Assembly (NCBI RefSeq): GCF_000143415.4 | Contig: NW_003314353.1 | Location: 443,559 to 507,558 of the forward strand | Source of the DNA: Selaginella moellendorffii | Lineage: Eukaryota; Plantae; Lycopodiophyta | Direction of reading: 5' to 3' | Length of the DNA stretch: 64,000 bases | Shown here: positions 13,355 to 24,652 of the stretch, in pieces | How positions within the stretch are numbered: position 1 is the first letter of the stretch | Layout: every line of letters begins with the position of its first letter | Notes under the pieces: model-generated | Database searches by the model: none | Told to the model about the DNA's origin: nothing | The model's input: only the letters and a program-made list of their open reading frames with translations | Translations under genes and position numbers: made by a program

Positions 13355-14108
13355 ATATCCTCCACTACCTGATTCACACGCTAGGTTTGCCCATCCATCT
13401 GAGGATGATCTCCATTTGAAAGTTTCAAAATCACTTGCATAACCTTCATAAAGCTCTTCCAAAATCCATTTATGAACTTTGAATCTTAATCACTTATGAT
13501 GTCTTTTGGCAAACCAAAATCAAAAAAAACCTTCTCCAAGTAGATTGCAGCCAAGTCTAAGGCAATGACAGTCTTCTGAAGAGCCAATAACTGCACATAC
13601 TTCATCAACTGATCCACTATGACTCATACTTGCTCTTTTTACCTCTGTATTCATAGCAAACAAGTGACGAAGTCCATAGAAATATTACACCAACAGCTTT
13701 GAGGAATAGGTAAAGGTTGCAAAAGTCCCCTCGGCTTCTCCTGTGGCACTTTAACCCGCTGATAGAGCTCACATGATTTACAATACTCGAGGATATTAGC
13801 CTTCATATTCCTCCAATTAAAATTGCACTTAATCAACTCATATTTCTTCTTCCCCCCAAAATGACTAGCCTTTGGACGATCATGATAGTGGAATAAAACT
13901 TGAGTAATTAACGCATCCACCTGTGGCAAATAAACATGGCCATTGTAGTAAAGAATCCCATCCACCAATGAGAAAGGGGCAAAGGGGTCAAAAAAGCAAA
14001 AGTTCTTTGTGAAGAATTATAAAAAAAACCCTACAATCAAGTGATCACTCCTTTAGCCAATTGGCTTAGAGTGTAAGGGATAGGATTTTAGCATTTCTTT
14101 GATACCAA

Positions 14109-14381
14109 TGTTAGGATCTTATCCCTTACACCCTAAGCCAACTGACTAAAGGGGTGATCACTTTATTGTAGAGCCCTTTCTTTATCCTATTATTCTGACC
14201 TGATGCCTAACAATCCTCCCCTTCTTAAGGAATGATTGTCTGTGATCATACTTAGGTCACCCTTTGGTCATCATGGTCCTTCTCTTAGGGTCTACCAAAT
14301 CTTGGTTCTCCCTCTAGAATCACCATGTTGGATATTCCTTCAAAATATTCCTACCTCATTTGTTAGCCATGAGAGTCGAAC
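14109..14381 (-). mobile_element. TRIM-like unit: 104-bp LTR (14109-14212), PPT and internal domain
   Basis: Inverted copy at 16826-17097; PBS TTGGTATCAAAG on the minus strand at 14097-14108; PPT GGGGAGGAT adjacent to the LTR. Confidence 0.8.
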
Positions 14382-14582
14382 TTTGAATCCCATGGAGCAA
14401 TGCTATTCCACATATGAGCAAAAGTTACTCTTTATTGTTCATGCTTTATGGACGTGGCGGCATTATCTTTATGGTGTAATGTTCGTGGTGTTGAAGGATC
14501 ACAAACCACTTGTGTATCTTTTCACACAAAAGGAGTTGAACACTAAGCAAGCTCATTGGATGGTCAACCTCATGAAGTTTGG

Positions 14583-15172
14583 TGTAACGCACCCTATATC
14601 TCTCCCCTTAAGCGAATTGGAAAAGGGGCAATTGCTTGATAAGAAAGCCCTTAGTGGCTATTTTATCCCCATTTATCCCCCAAGGTTCCAAGGATCCATG
14701 GTGACAGTATATCTAAATCTCATCTTATAATCACATACGCTATACTCACCCCCCTTTTAGAGATGTTAATGTCCTCATTAACTATTGACTAACAACCCTT
14801 ACTGAGCCAAAGGGAACCAGCACCTCCATTTCCGCACTGAATCTATCAATCCTTCCATTGTGTAGACTAACTATTCCATGTGAGGGAACTAATCATCCAC
14901 CCATACCGCAGTCCCACGGTGGATACCTTTGTCCATGGATGTTCCACCAAGAGGAAGGACATACGCATGGATGCCCAATACATACGATTTCAAGTTTAAG
15001 GGTAGGAATATATCTTGCTCAGGGGTATATTATATTTTTAAGTAGCCACTAATCAATGGGAATCAAACCCGTGCCATTTGCTTCGATACCACATATTGCG
15101 CACCCTATCTAGGTTCTAAGGATCCACGGTGATAATATATCTAAACCTCATCCCATGATCACATGCGCTACA
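14583..15172 (-). mobile_element. TRIM (590 bp), second family
   Basis: Perfect TSD TTTGG (14578-14582 / 15173-15177); LTRs 14583-14744 and ~15094-15172 (internally deleted); PBS TGGTATCGAAGC at 15080-15091 on the minus strand; PPT AAAGGGGGGTGAG. Confidence 0.88.
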
Positions 15173-15828
15173 TTTGGGGAGTTTCCTATTGAGCATTATC
15201 CGGGAAAATCAAATGTGGTGGCGAATGTTTTATCATGTGTTTGTCATGTGACGTCATTACAAACACAGTTTGTCATCATTTGAGTAAAGTGGTCAGTGAG
15301 TTTGAGCAGTTGGTTAAGCATGCTCAGGCTCAGGATACTGAAGTGGCCTCTTTGCAAGACCAAATGGAAGCCCCTTTCTCATTGGTGGATGGGATTCTCT
15401 ACTACAATGGTTGTGTATATTTGCCACAAGTGGATATGTTAATTACTCAAATTTTATTCCACTACCATGATCATCTAGAGGCCGGTCATTTTGGGGGGAA
15501 AAAGACATATGAGTTGATTAAGTGCAATTTTAATTGAAGGAATATAAAAGCTGATATCCTCGAGTATTGTAAATCATGTGAGCTCTGTCAGCGGGTTAAA
15601 GTGCCACAGGAGAAGCCGGGGGGACTTCTGCAACCTTTACCTATTCCTCAAAGCCATTGGTGTAGTATCTCTATGGACTTCATCACTTGTTTGCCACGAA
15701 CACAGAGGCAAAAGAAGCAAGTATGGGTTATAATAGATTGGTTGATAAAGTATGTGTAGTTATTAGCTTTTCAGAAGACTGTCATTGCCTCAAACTTGGC
15801 TATAGTCTACTGGAGAAGGTTTTTCCTG

Positions 15829-15928
15829 NNNNNNNNNNNNNNNNNNNNNNNNNNNNNNNNNNNNNNNNNNNNNNNNNNNNNNNNNNNNNNNNNNNNNNNN
15901 NNNNNNNNNNNNNNNNNNNNNNNNNNNN
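15829..15928. other. Assembly gap (100 N)
   Basis: Run of N. Confidence 1.
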
Positions 15929-16809
15929 GCAAAATTAAGTGTGTAAATCAGTGGGTGGAGGATATGCCATGTTATAGCATGGTTAAAGGCAAGGACAGTG
16001 GGATTTATATTTTCCAATGGTGCAATTTGCTTACAACGATAGCCAATACAGTGGAACCAAGCTAAGTCCTTACTGTGCCATGTTTAGAAGGCATCCCCAA
16101 ACAGCAGTGGAGTTGGGATTGCATTTGAGTAAGGAAGTTCAAGATAAGCTTGATTCTGAGGCAATTGATCTGGCCATAGAACTTGATAAGATTCTAGTGG
16201 TGTGCAAACGGAATTTGCAGGTAGCTTAGGATAGAGCAGAGAAGTTTGCTAATGAGCGTCGCCAATTCCGGGAATATAAGGTGGGTGATCTCGTCTTTGT
16301 GCGAGTGATCGTTCCATCAATTGAGCGGCAGAACACCTTGGTGCCTTTACAGACAGGGAAGAGTGATAAACTTTCCCATCGATATGCTGGTCCATATGAA
16401 GTGTTGGAGCACATTGGTAAAGTGGCTTATCAAGTGCGGCTGCTAGCTGGGGTGAAAATTCATCTGGTATTTTATATCAACCAATTAAAAGGTGTACTAT
16501 CTCAGAGTGACGGGCCCAATGCCTCCTTAATGTATACGGTTATGGAATATGGACCAAGAGCTTGAGCAGGGTTCCCTAGAAAGGGTGATCACCAGTACAA
16601 TTTGTCCTTGGGACAAGGACTTTGTTGGGGGATATATTAAGGCATGTTAGGGTAAGGGACTTAACCTACCCTAGAGCTCACAGTGGAGCGGCGGCACAGT
16701 AGAGCTTTTGAGGTAGCTTGGGGGTGGTTGGGTGGTGAGGAACCTCAAAAGGAAGTATAGCATAGTCTAGGAAGACTAGATTTCTATCTTTTTGCACCGG
16801 ATTATAACA

Positions 16810-17097
16810 TTAGTATTGGAGCCTAGTTCGATTCTCATGGCTGACAAGTGGGGTAGGAATATTCTGAAGGAATATTCAACCTAGTGGATCTAGAGGGAGA
16901 ACCAAGATTTGGTAAACCCTAAGAGAAGGACCATGGTGACTAGAGGGTGGCCTAAGTATGATCACAGACGATCATTCCTTAACGAAGGAGGATTGTTAGG
17001 CATCAGGTCAGGATAATAGGATAAAGAAAGGGCCCTACAATAAAGTGATCACCCTTTTAACCAATTGGTTTAGGGTGTAAGAGACAGAATCCTAACA
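16810..17097 (+). mobile_element. TRIM internal domain (degenerate PBS to PPT) and 104-bp LTR (16994-17097)
   Basis: TTAGTATTGGAGC PBS-like motif directly after the Gypsy LTR copy; GAAGGAGGAT PPT; TGTTAGGCA...CCTAACA. Confidence 0.8.
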
Positions 17098-17146
17098 TTT
17101 CTCTGATACTAATGTTAGGATCCTATCCCTTACACCCTAAGCCAAC

Positions 17147-20100
17147 ATCCTAAAGCATCTTGAGTCTGAGCACACTCAACCAACTACCTAAACTTGCTGA
17201 CCACCTTACTCAAATGATGATAAAACTGTGTTTGTAACGTTGTCATATGACGAACACAAGATAAAGCATCTGCCACCACATTTGATTTTCTCGGATGATG
17301 CTCAATAAAAAAATTCCCCAAACATCATGAGTTTGACCATCCAATGAGTTTGCCTAATGTTCAACTCCTTCTGTGTGAAAAAGATACACAAGTGGTTTGT
17401 GATCTGTCAACACCACGAACACTGCACCATAAAGATAGTGCCACCATGTCCGCAAAGCATGAATAATAGAGAGTAACTCTTGCTCATATATGGAATAGTG
17501 TTATTCCATGAGATTCAAAGTTCAACTCTCATATGCAATAAGCTGCCCCTCTTGCATGAGAACTCCTCCCAGTGCATAACCACTCACATCACATGTCACC
17601 TCGTAAGGTTTCGATGGATCAGTAATGCGAAGCACTAGAGCCTTGCTCAACAATCGTTTCAGTGCCACAAAACTCTCCTCTTGTGGCTTCTTCCACTTAA
17701 ATGGCACATTCTTGCACAACAACTGTGTCAAAGGAATCGCCACCTCTGCAAACTTATGCTAGAAATGTTAGTAGTAACTAGCCATACCAAAAAAGCTGCA
17801 TAACTTGGCCACTGAAGTTGGTGTAGGCCAATTCTCCACCACAGCCACCTTCCTTGGATCTGTCTTGACACCTTTAGATGTCACAATATGGCCTAGATAT
17901 TCCACCTCCAACTTTGCAAATTCACATTTGCTCTTCTTCGCATAAAATTTGTTGTTACGGAGTAACAAAAGAACCTTGCGCAAATGCATTTTATGCTCCT
18001 CCATATTTTTGCTGAAAACAAGAATATCATCCAAGAAAATTTCCATAAATTCATAAAGATAATGCCTAAATACCTTTGTCATCAACCGAGTAAATGTGGC
18101 TGGTGCATTCATCAAACTAAACGGCATAACTATAAACTCAAAATGCCTGAAGCTTGTGTTGAATGCTATCTTAGAGATAGATGCAACATCAATCGCAATC
18201 TGATAATATTGACTCCTCAAATCAATCTTGGTAAACACTCATGCTTCACCAAGCTTGTTTAGGATATCATCCACACGTGGCATCGGCATTTTATCCTTCA
18301 TTGTCTTTTTGTTCAAGGCACAGTAGTCAATACACATCTGCATTGAACCGTCCTTCTTCCTCACAAGCAAGACTGGAGCACCAAATAGAGACTTACTTGG
18401 TTATATAAATCCAAACTCAAGTAACTCCTTGACTTGTCATTAAACTTTTTGCTCTTCCATATAACTTAACCGAAATAGATACTGGTAAATTGGCCGCGTC
18501 CCCGGCTCCAACATAATCCCATGCTCCACACCTCGTAATGGAACCCATGAAGAAGTTCAAATGGAAAAACATCAGAAAACTCGTTGAGTACATCCTATAC
18601 TACTGCTTCTCCCCCACACGTGTCTTGGTCCCCCAAGTCACAAATAAATAGCAAGTAACTTGAAAATGCTTTTCGATTACGACAAACCCGCTTCAAAGAT
18701 GTAGTAGAGAGCATAACAACTAGAGGTTGAACTCCCTCTCCAAACCACACATCTTTAACACCACCGTACTTTAACAAGACACGCTTAATACTTCACTTTA
18801 TCTCTAGATCCACCTTCACCAACCATAGCATCCCAAGAATGAAATCCACACAATGAATATCCATAAGATAAAAAGTCTCCATAAATGTGGTTTTGCCAAC
18901 CAACACTTCTAGCCCCTCAACACAAGCATCGAAATGCTAAATAGAAGTAGTTGCACCTTCCACTGTGTATAGAAGATCTCCTTGTGTGACCAGGCCATGC
19001 TCCGCAACAAACTTTGCCAAAACAAAGTTATCATCGCTCCCACTATCCAGTAAAATCCACATTGAACCGCCACGGAACATGCCCTCCAACTTTAAAGTTG
19101 ATTCACAAGTATCTTCAAACTCCATTTTATTCCACACACAATTAAGTTGATGAGCAACAATCGAAAGCTTTTTCCTCCAACCAGAATGGTCGTCCCCATC
19201 ATCCTCATGCTGCAAAGTTTGCAACTTTTTAGTATCTAACTTACCGTCAGTGCCATTTTTCTTGCCCTGCTGTTTGTTCTTCAGCTGTGGACAATTAGTC
19301 TTGTAGTGTCCAAGCTTGCCGCAATGATAACAACCCTGTCTATAATTCTTCACAAAGAACTTCTGCTTCTTGGACCCCTTTGCATCCGAAGTAGTCACCA
19401 TAGACTTCAACTTGTAGTGTTTGTTCCTATCCTTGTGTCCACGATGATCATCATGATGATTCTCGACAAAAGGACTCCACGAATGTTTGCAAGACTTGTG
19501 CTTATCATTGTCAAGTCGACGAACTGCATCAAAGAACTCCTCCATAGGCTGAGAATGACGCAAGTGTTGCCGCATGCTCTCACTATAAAGGCCATCAATG
19601 AAGTAGGATTTGTTCTTATCTGGATCCTTCGTTGGAACACAACTAATCAAGTAAGTAAACTTCTCAATATAGTCTCCGAGCATCCTTGCTAGAAATGTCG
19701 AAGTTTTGTGCTAGCATTCTCCACATCGTAGTGAGGGGAAAAACATAAATGGAAAGCAACCTCAAACTTATCCATGGTAAACACTGATGGTTTCTTATCC
19801 TCAACACGAGACTCCTCAAGTCAATTCCACCACCGAAGACTCATATCACTCAAAACCATTGGAATAGCCACTAAAGCCTCTACATCCGGAGTTCCCCTAG
19901 TAGCCAAGATCTTCTTCATATTGGCTAGCCAAGCAAGACACTTGTCCACACCACCATCACCGGAAAAGGTTGGAATCTTGAGTTGATCTACCAAGGAAGG
20001 CTTCACATCTAGCCTCAAGTGCCTTTAACACGCCCACACATGACATCCATCATGCCATGCATCTCGTCTTGCATCTCTTACTGATTTCGATTAAGGGATC

Positions 20101-20210
20101 GCAACTCGTAAACATCATCTTGAATGGTCAAAATCTCTGCAGCTCCATTGGCACCATCATCAGCACCACTATTGATAATAGGATTCCAGCCTTCAGCTTG
20201 GTCAGCCATC
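17147..20210 (-). pseudogene. Gypsy gag-pol (gag, zinc knuckle, protease, RT, RNase H), broken by stops and frameshifts
   Basis: ORF pieces 19821-20018, 18937-19683, 17768-18238 and 17522-17743 carry canonical motifs. Confidence 0.92.
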
Positions 20211-20233
20211 AAAACCTCCTCCTCTAATACTAA

Positions 20234-20457
20234 TGTTATGATCTGGTGCAAAAAAATAAAGATATAATCTTCTTAAACTATATTATGTCTCCTCTTAAGG
20301 TTCCTCACCACCCAACCACCCTTGAGCTACCTCAAAAGCTCTATTATGCCACCGCTCCACTGTGAGCCTTAAGGTTAAGTCCCTTACCCTAACATGCATT
20401 ACCCTTGAGCCTCCCTTTGACCGACGTTGACCACGTGGTCAAAGCTAGTGCCTAACA
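20234..20457 (-). repeat. 5' LTR of the Gypsy element
   Basis: Direct repeat of 12248-12480; followed on the minus strand by a degenerate PBS. Confidence 0.93.
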
Positions 20458-20620
20458 AATACCATCCTTTGGGACACTAGATGCACTTTTGGCTGTCCCA
20501 GTTCCATCCAAATATGCATTGCTTCTGGGCTGCTGCATTTGTGATGCCACCAACGTCCACTCCAACCAGGAGGATTGTCACAAACATGGTCAGAAGCATC
20601 AGCTGTGACTTGCTCACCAT
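20458..20620 (-). pseudogene. 5' half (signal peptide and first repeat) of the split Cys/Trp-repeat peptide gene
   Basis: MVSKSQLMLLTMFVTILLVGVDVGGITNAAAQKQCIFGWNWDSQKCI*CPKGWY. Confidence 0.8.
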
Positions 20621-21071
20621 GATCAATATCGTTTATCTAGAAATGTAAACTGATTTTTTTTCTTGTATCTCTTCTTTCACTTGAAATGCTTTACTGTGAT
20701 GCTGCCAGAGTGGTCTCGATTTAAAGTATGGAGGCCGAGTCCAAGTAAAGACTGCTATGCACACATAGTTTACTGCTTCTCCAGCGCAACATGTCGTGTT
20801 TGTGTTTGACTGACGGGGTCAATTGACTGGTGTTGATAATATTTTCCAAAGTTTGTGCATTGGATCTACACACACAATGTTGTGTCTTCCATTTCCCATG
20901 TTTATTTATCATTGTAAAAACTAAGGTCATGGATTAATATTGGTTAGAAATAATGTATCTCAAGGAATAACCATTTTAATTTACAAAGAAATTGTTTAAC
21001 TCCCCTTTTATCTAAACTTAGATTTGAACGGTTTAGATTATCTCTGCGAGTTTAGGGTTTTACACGTGGCT

Positions 21072-22085
21072 ATGGACCTGCGCTGGTTCCGGCGGGACGG
21101 CGAGGAAGGCTTGGATGTTCGTATTCCTCTTTGCAATGGTAAGCTGGATCTGCTCGCCATCGCCCGGTCTTTAGGCGGCTTAGATCCCGCGGAGCTCTCC
21201 CTCTGGCTCTCGCCTTCGTCTCGACGCGAAGAGGTTTTCCATCCTCTCCCTCTCAACTACAGGACGGGCCTCTCGTCCCTCACTTGGGACGAGCTGATCA
21301 AGGAGCTCGGCTGTATCCATTTCGACGCCATCGCCTCGCTCCCCGACGCCAAGACGCGGCAAAATGCGGCGATCATCCAAGGCATCAAGCACGAGAAGGA
21401 GCCGGCTTGGATGGCGAAGCTGTCCGGGATTTGCAGAGGTAGGATCGACGCGGACTCGCTGCTGTGCCACAAATTCATGCTCGTCTTTCGCTACCATTTG
21501 GACGTGAACGATCCAAACGTCGTCGCCATCGACAAGGAGCACGATCACCAGGGCTTGATGACGCAAGAAGAAGAAGAGCTCTACATCAATCGTCACCTCC
21601 CTCAAGCTCAAGCCCACGAGATTGTGCGCGAGATCTCTCAACTTTTGCCACAGTCGTCATACCGGTGGCTGGATCCGGAGGAGATCGACAGCAAAGTGGA
21701 GGTTTTCCGCGCTATCAACTTGGACGTGGAGGTGAGGAGCAAGAGCTCGGCCGTTCTTGCACATGGAAGCGACCCTGTTCTTGGGATCGAGGTCTTCAGT
21801 GAGCTGAGCCGGCAGGGATTGAACAGATGCGAGTTGGAATTCTACCTGTGGGCGAGGTCGTCCAAGCTCCCGTTTTTGCAGCTGGTGACTGATTTCAATA
21901 GCGCCGTCGTGTTCTACTATCGGTTTCCACGCACAGGATCTATGAGCTGCGACACAATGTCGTACGCCACCTTGAAGAAGCTCGTGAAGGTGATCACGTC
22001 GAGCTTACCTCGCAATAGTTCGGAGTTTGAGATGGCTTGGTCCATTCTGGGCTGGAAACGCTTCGGAGACGAGGATGAGTGGTAA
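21072..22085 (+). CDS. Intronless 337-aa protein of unknown function; local multigene family, possibly with an inactive PD-(D/E)xK-like C-terminal domain
   Basis: Uninterrupted GC-rich ORF from ATG 21072; paralogues at ~29600-30110 (-) and 40273-41304 (+). Confidence 0.75.
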   Translation: MDLRWFRRDGEEGLDVRIPLCNGKLDLLAIARSLGGLDPAELSLWLSPSSRREEVFHPLPLNYRTGLSSLTWDELIKELGCIHFDAIASLPDAKTRQNAAIIQGIKHEKEPAWMAKLSGICRGRIDADSLLCHKFMLVFRYHLDVNDPNVVAIDKEHDHQGLMTQEEEELYINRHLPQAQAHEIVREISQLLPQSSYRWLDPEEIDSKVEVFRAINLDVEVRSKSSAVLAHGSDPVLGIEVFSELSRQGLNRCELEFYLWARSSKLPFLQLVTDFNSAVVFYYRFPRTGSMSCDTMSYATLKKLVKVITSSLPRNSSEFEMAWSILGWKRFGDEDEW

Positions 22086-22581
22086 CGTTAGAAGAAAGCA
22101 TAGAAGCTTTAAAGTTGTTTGAGACTTTCCTGTTCGAAATAAACCTTAGCCGAGAGAGAGAAAATGCGACGATCACACCTGAAAGAGCGCTGATGGTTGT
22201 GAGCGATCCATATCCACAATCCAATTTTGACAAGAGAGGTCATCTTTCAAAGCTATAGCTGTTTGGGTCTCGAACGTTGTCCGACAATCCTTCTTCGATA
22301 AGTTAAAGGAGAAGAGCCCGTCGATTTGAAGAATTGGGTGCTCTTGATATATACGTACTCTCCGCACACCACAAATGCAAAACAAGACATGGAACTTCCA
22401 AGCAAGGATTTTCACAAATACATATTCGAATGTTTCTATTTCCATAATCTACCGGAAAACATCATGGCTTCGTTCTCCAGGCACGCTCTTGCAGCGTTTA
22501 ACCTCCGTCGGACTTCTTCTGCAGACCATTCGCAAGCATGGTGACCAACAACAATCTCAAGAAGAGGTTGCCAGAAAACTT

Positions 22582-23379
22582 GTAAGACTTGAATAAAAGG
22601 TTGCAATACCTGAAGCCATGATGCAACGGCTGCTACATTAGGCACCATTGGACTCATTCTTATAATTTGCAAGCTCATGGGGCCGTTGGGCTGCTGCTTT
22701 CATAGCCACCTTTACCGGCCGCATATCGTAGCTTAGTTCTAGCAAACAACCTCTCTCTTTATCTCCAACCTGCACCAGACTGTTATAAGAAAGATATTGG
22801 GATGTCAGTATACATACCATATGAAGCTCATCTATAACTACGACTGCTAGTTCGGACAGCCGCCCGTCCTTACCAGCTTATTGATGAGTGAGTTCGCTTT
22901 TGATGGTACAAACTGCAAGTGAAGTATCTGGAGGTAGCATTTTACTCCCGTGAGTCCCAAAATATCCATGGACACAACATGTTTCAGTACCGCCTCTAAA
23001 TGCTCTGTCTAGCAAAGTAAAAACCAGTTGACGTTTTGACAAAACAAAACCAAGCATACCTTCTCAGAACACAATGCGACATATGGTAAAACCAGCATTG
23101 CCATTTTCCCTGTCGCCAGCACTCTTTTTAACATCAAAATTCTGCTCTCGCCTGGACTGTCAAAAGTTTTAAGGATTACCATAAAAGAAAACTAAATAAG
23201 AAATCTCAAGCACCTTGTTGAGGCACAGCAAACAAGACTTTTACCATCCAAAACTCCATCAAGGCGTAGACAATCAACCTGTAGTTTCTTGTAACTAGAC
23301 ACTAAAATCACAAACAGTTATCTTACCTGCCATTGATACAGTCTTCTAACCCCTTTCCGAAAGTATCCTTCACATAATT
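22582..23379 (-). pseudogene. Partial duplicate of the TEB/POLQ-like helicase (motif I-III exons and introns)
   Basis: Near-identical to 27856-28539; VVVIDELHM (motif II); motifs I and III degenerate. Confidence 0.88.
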
Positions 23380-24204
23380 ACGATAGATGTTTGCCAAGTG
23401 GCAACAGACACGGGGCGGTCCTACGTGACAGAACTCTAGTCGTTTGTCAGCAGGATCTTCTAGCGCAGCTAGGGCGACGAGGAGAGAATCGATGATCTCG
23501 CGGCGCTCATCTGCAATCGATCGCGTTTCTCTAGAATGTCGCTGCTTCACTCGAGATATTCGCTGCTAGTCGGAGCCGTGCTTCGCCACTGCCGAGCACA
23601 ATGCCGGATTGCGCTGCGATGCTGTGACGATTTCCAGGCGAGGATCTTGGATAGAGGTAGATTTCTCTCGCAGCATTGTATTTTGACGCTGGTGTTTCTT
23701 CGTTGGTCGCAGGAAGCGAGTGATAAGTGGGAGGAAAAAGCTGCAAGGAGGAATTCTTCATGGATCGTGCCAAGAAAGAGCGTAATTCTTGTCATATAGC
23801 ATTCCATAGGCTGGACTTTGATGAATTCGTCACAGGATTGAGGGGCCTTCACTGTTGCGGCCATCGATCGAAGAACGAAGGCGTTCTCGATGATTCTAAG
23901 AGGAACTTTTCTGTGGTCGCTTTTGAAAAGCATGTAAGTTGTGAAGATACGTAGCTTTTTTCTCGAGAGTTTTAATGCAAAGGCCAAGAATCGTTCGCTG
24001 TTGTAACAATAAAGACGAAGCAAGGAGCTGTGGATGTCGCTGAGAAAATAAGTCCTCCATTAATTCTTCCTGGAAAACATGTAAGAAAGAATTTCTCGTG
24101 TGTTTTCAACTAAAACTTTGTTGCCAGGATTCCAAACCCAAGAGTGTTGAGTTGCCGCGTCCACCTTATCCTGCATTGTGGAAGTTCGGATTATTTCGAC
24201 GTGG

Positions 24205-24370
24205 ACATATAAGCAAAGGATTGAACCTTGATGCTGTCAACAAGAAGAGGATCAGGTATGGCTGGAACGAGTTGCAGAAGCCGGAAGGGACCTCGTTTTG
24301 GAAGCTTGTTCTTGAGCAGTTTGACGATACTCTCCTACTTGCTTTTGCTCTGGCCTTCTCAGAGCTTGAG
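24205..24370 (+). pseudogene. Fragment of an ER-type (P2A/ECA) Ca2+-ATPase N-terminus
   Basis: KGLNLDAVNKKRIRYGWNELQKPEGTSFWKLVLEQFDDTL resembles the SERCA/ECA cation-ATPase N domain; nothing downstream. Confidence 0.8.
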
Positions 24371-24652
24371 CCAGGGAGCTCCACTCAAAGCATTAATTTT
24401 TTGGAACAAACAAGAGCAGCAAGGGTGGAAATTAAATGATGTTTAATAAAACTCCCTTTACTCAAAACTTCATTTCATCCTTTAAGCTTGTAATAAAGGA
24501 AATATTTTAGGTTTTCACTTGTCCTATCAGGAGAGTAGCTAGCAGTGATGCCAAACAAGGACAGCAAGGTGTAAAAGGAGCTCTATCTTCTCCAAAACTA
24601 CCCACTGTTTTGGTCCTTATCCTCCCAACAGAGTGGCCTTAAGTTTGGAAGC

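Larger units (their letters stand above)
14368..16809 (+). mobile_element. Inverted second copy of the Gypsy RNaseH-integrase-LTR segment
   Basis: HESRTLNP...YEQKLL...DHKPL (RH), HxxH/CxxC INT zinc motif and YAGPYEV (GPY/F); reverse complement of 12250-13980 and 17150-17530; contains the N gap. Confidence 0.88.
12248..20457 (-). mobile_element. Decayed Ty3/Gypsy LTR retrotransposon with nested insertions
   Basis: LTRs 12248-12480 and 20234-20457 (TG..CA); degenerate Met PBS at ~20222-20232; PPT GGGGAGGAAGAC at ~12482-12493; degenerate TSD AGTAT/AATAC; order gag (CYHCGKLGHYKTNC)-PR (LLDSGS)-RT (FLDDILVFS)-RH (CDVSGYALGGVL)-INT. Confidence 0.93.

Noticed and set aside
22090-24050. Possible BTB/BACK-like gene remnants at ~22090-22560 and ~23400-24050 (also ~41330-41520)
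   Set aside because: Only vague motif resemblance with many stops; cannot be supported without a profile search.
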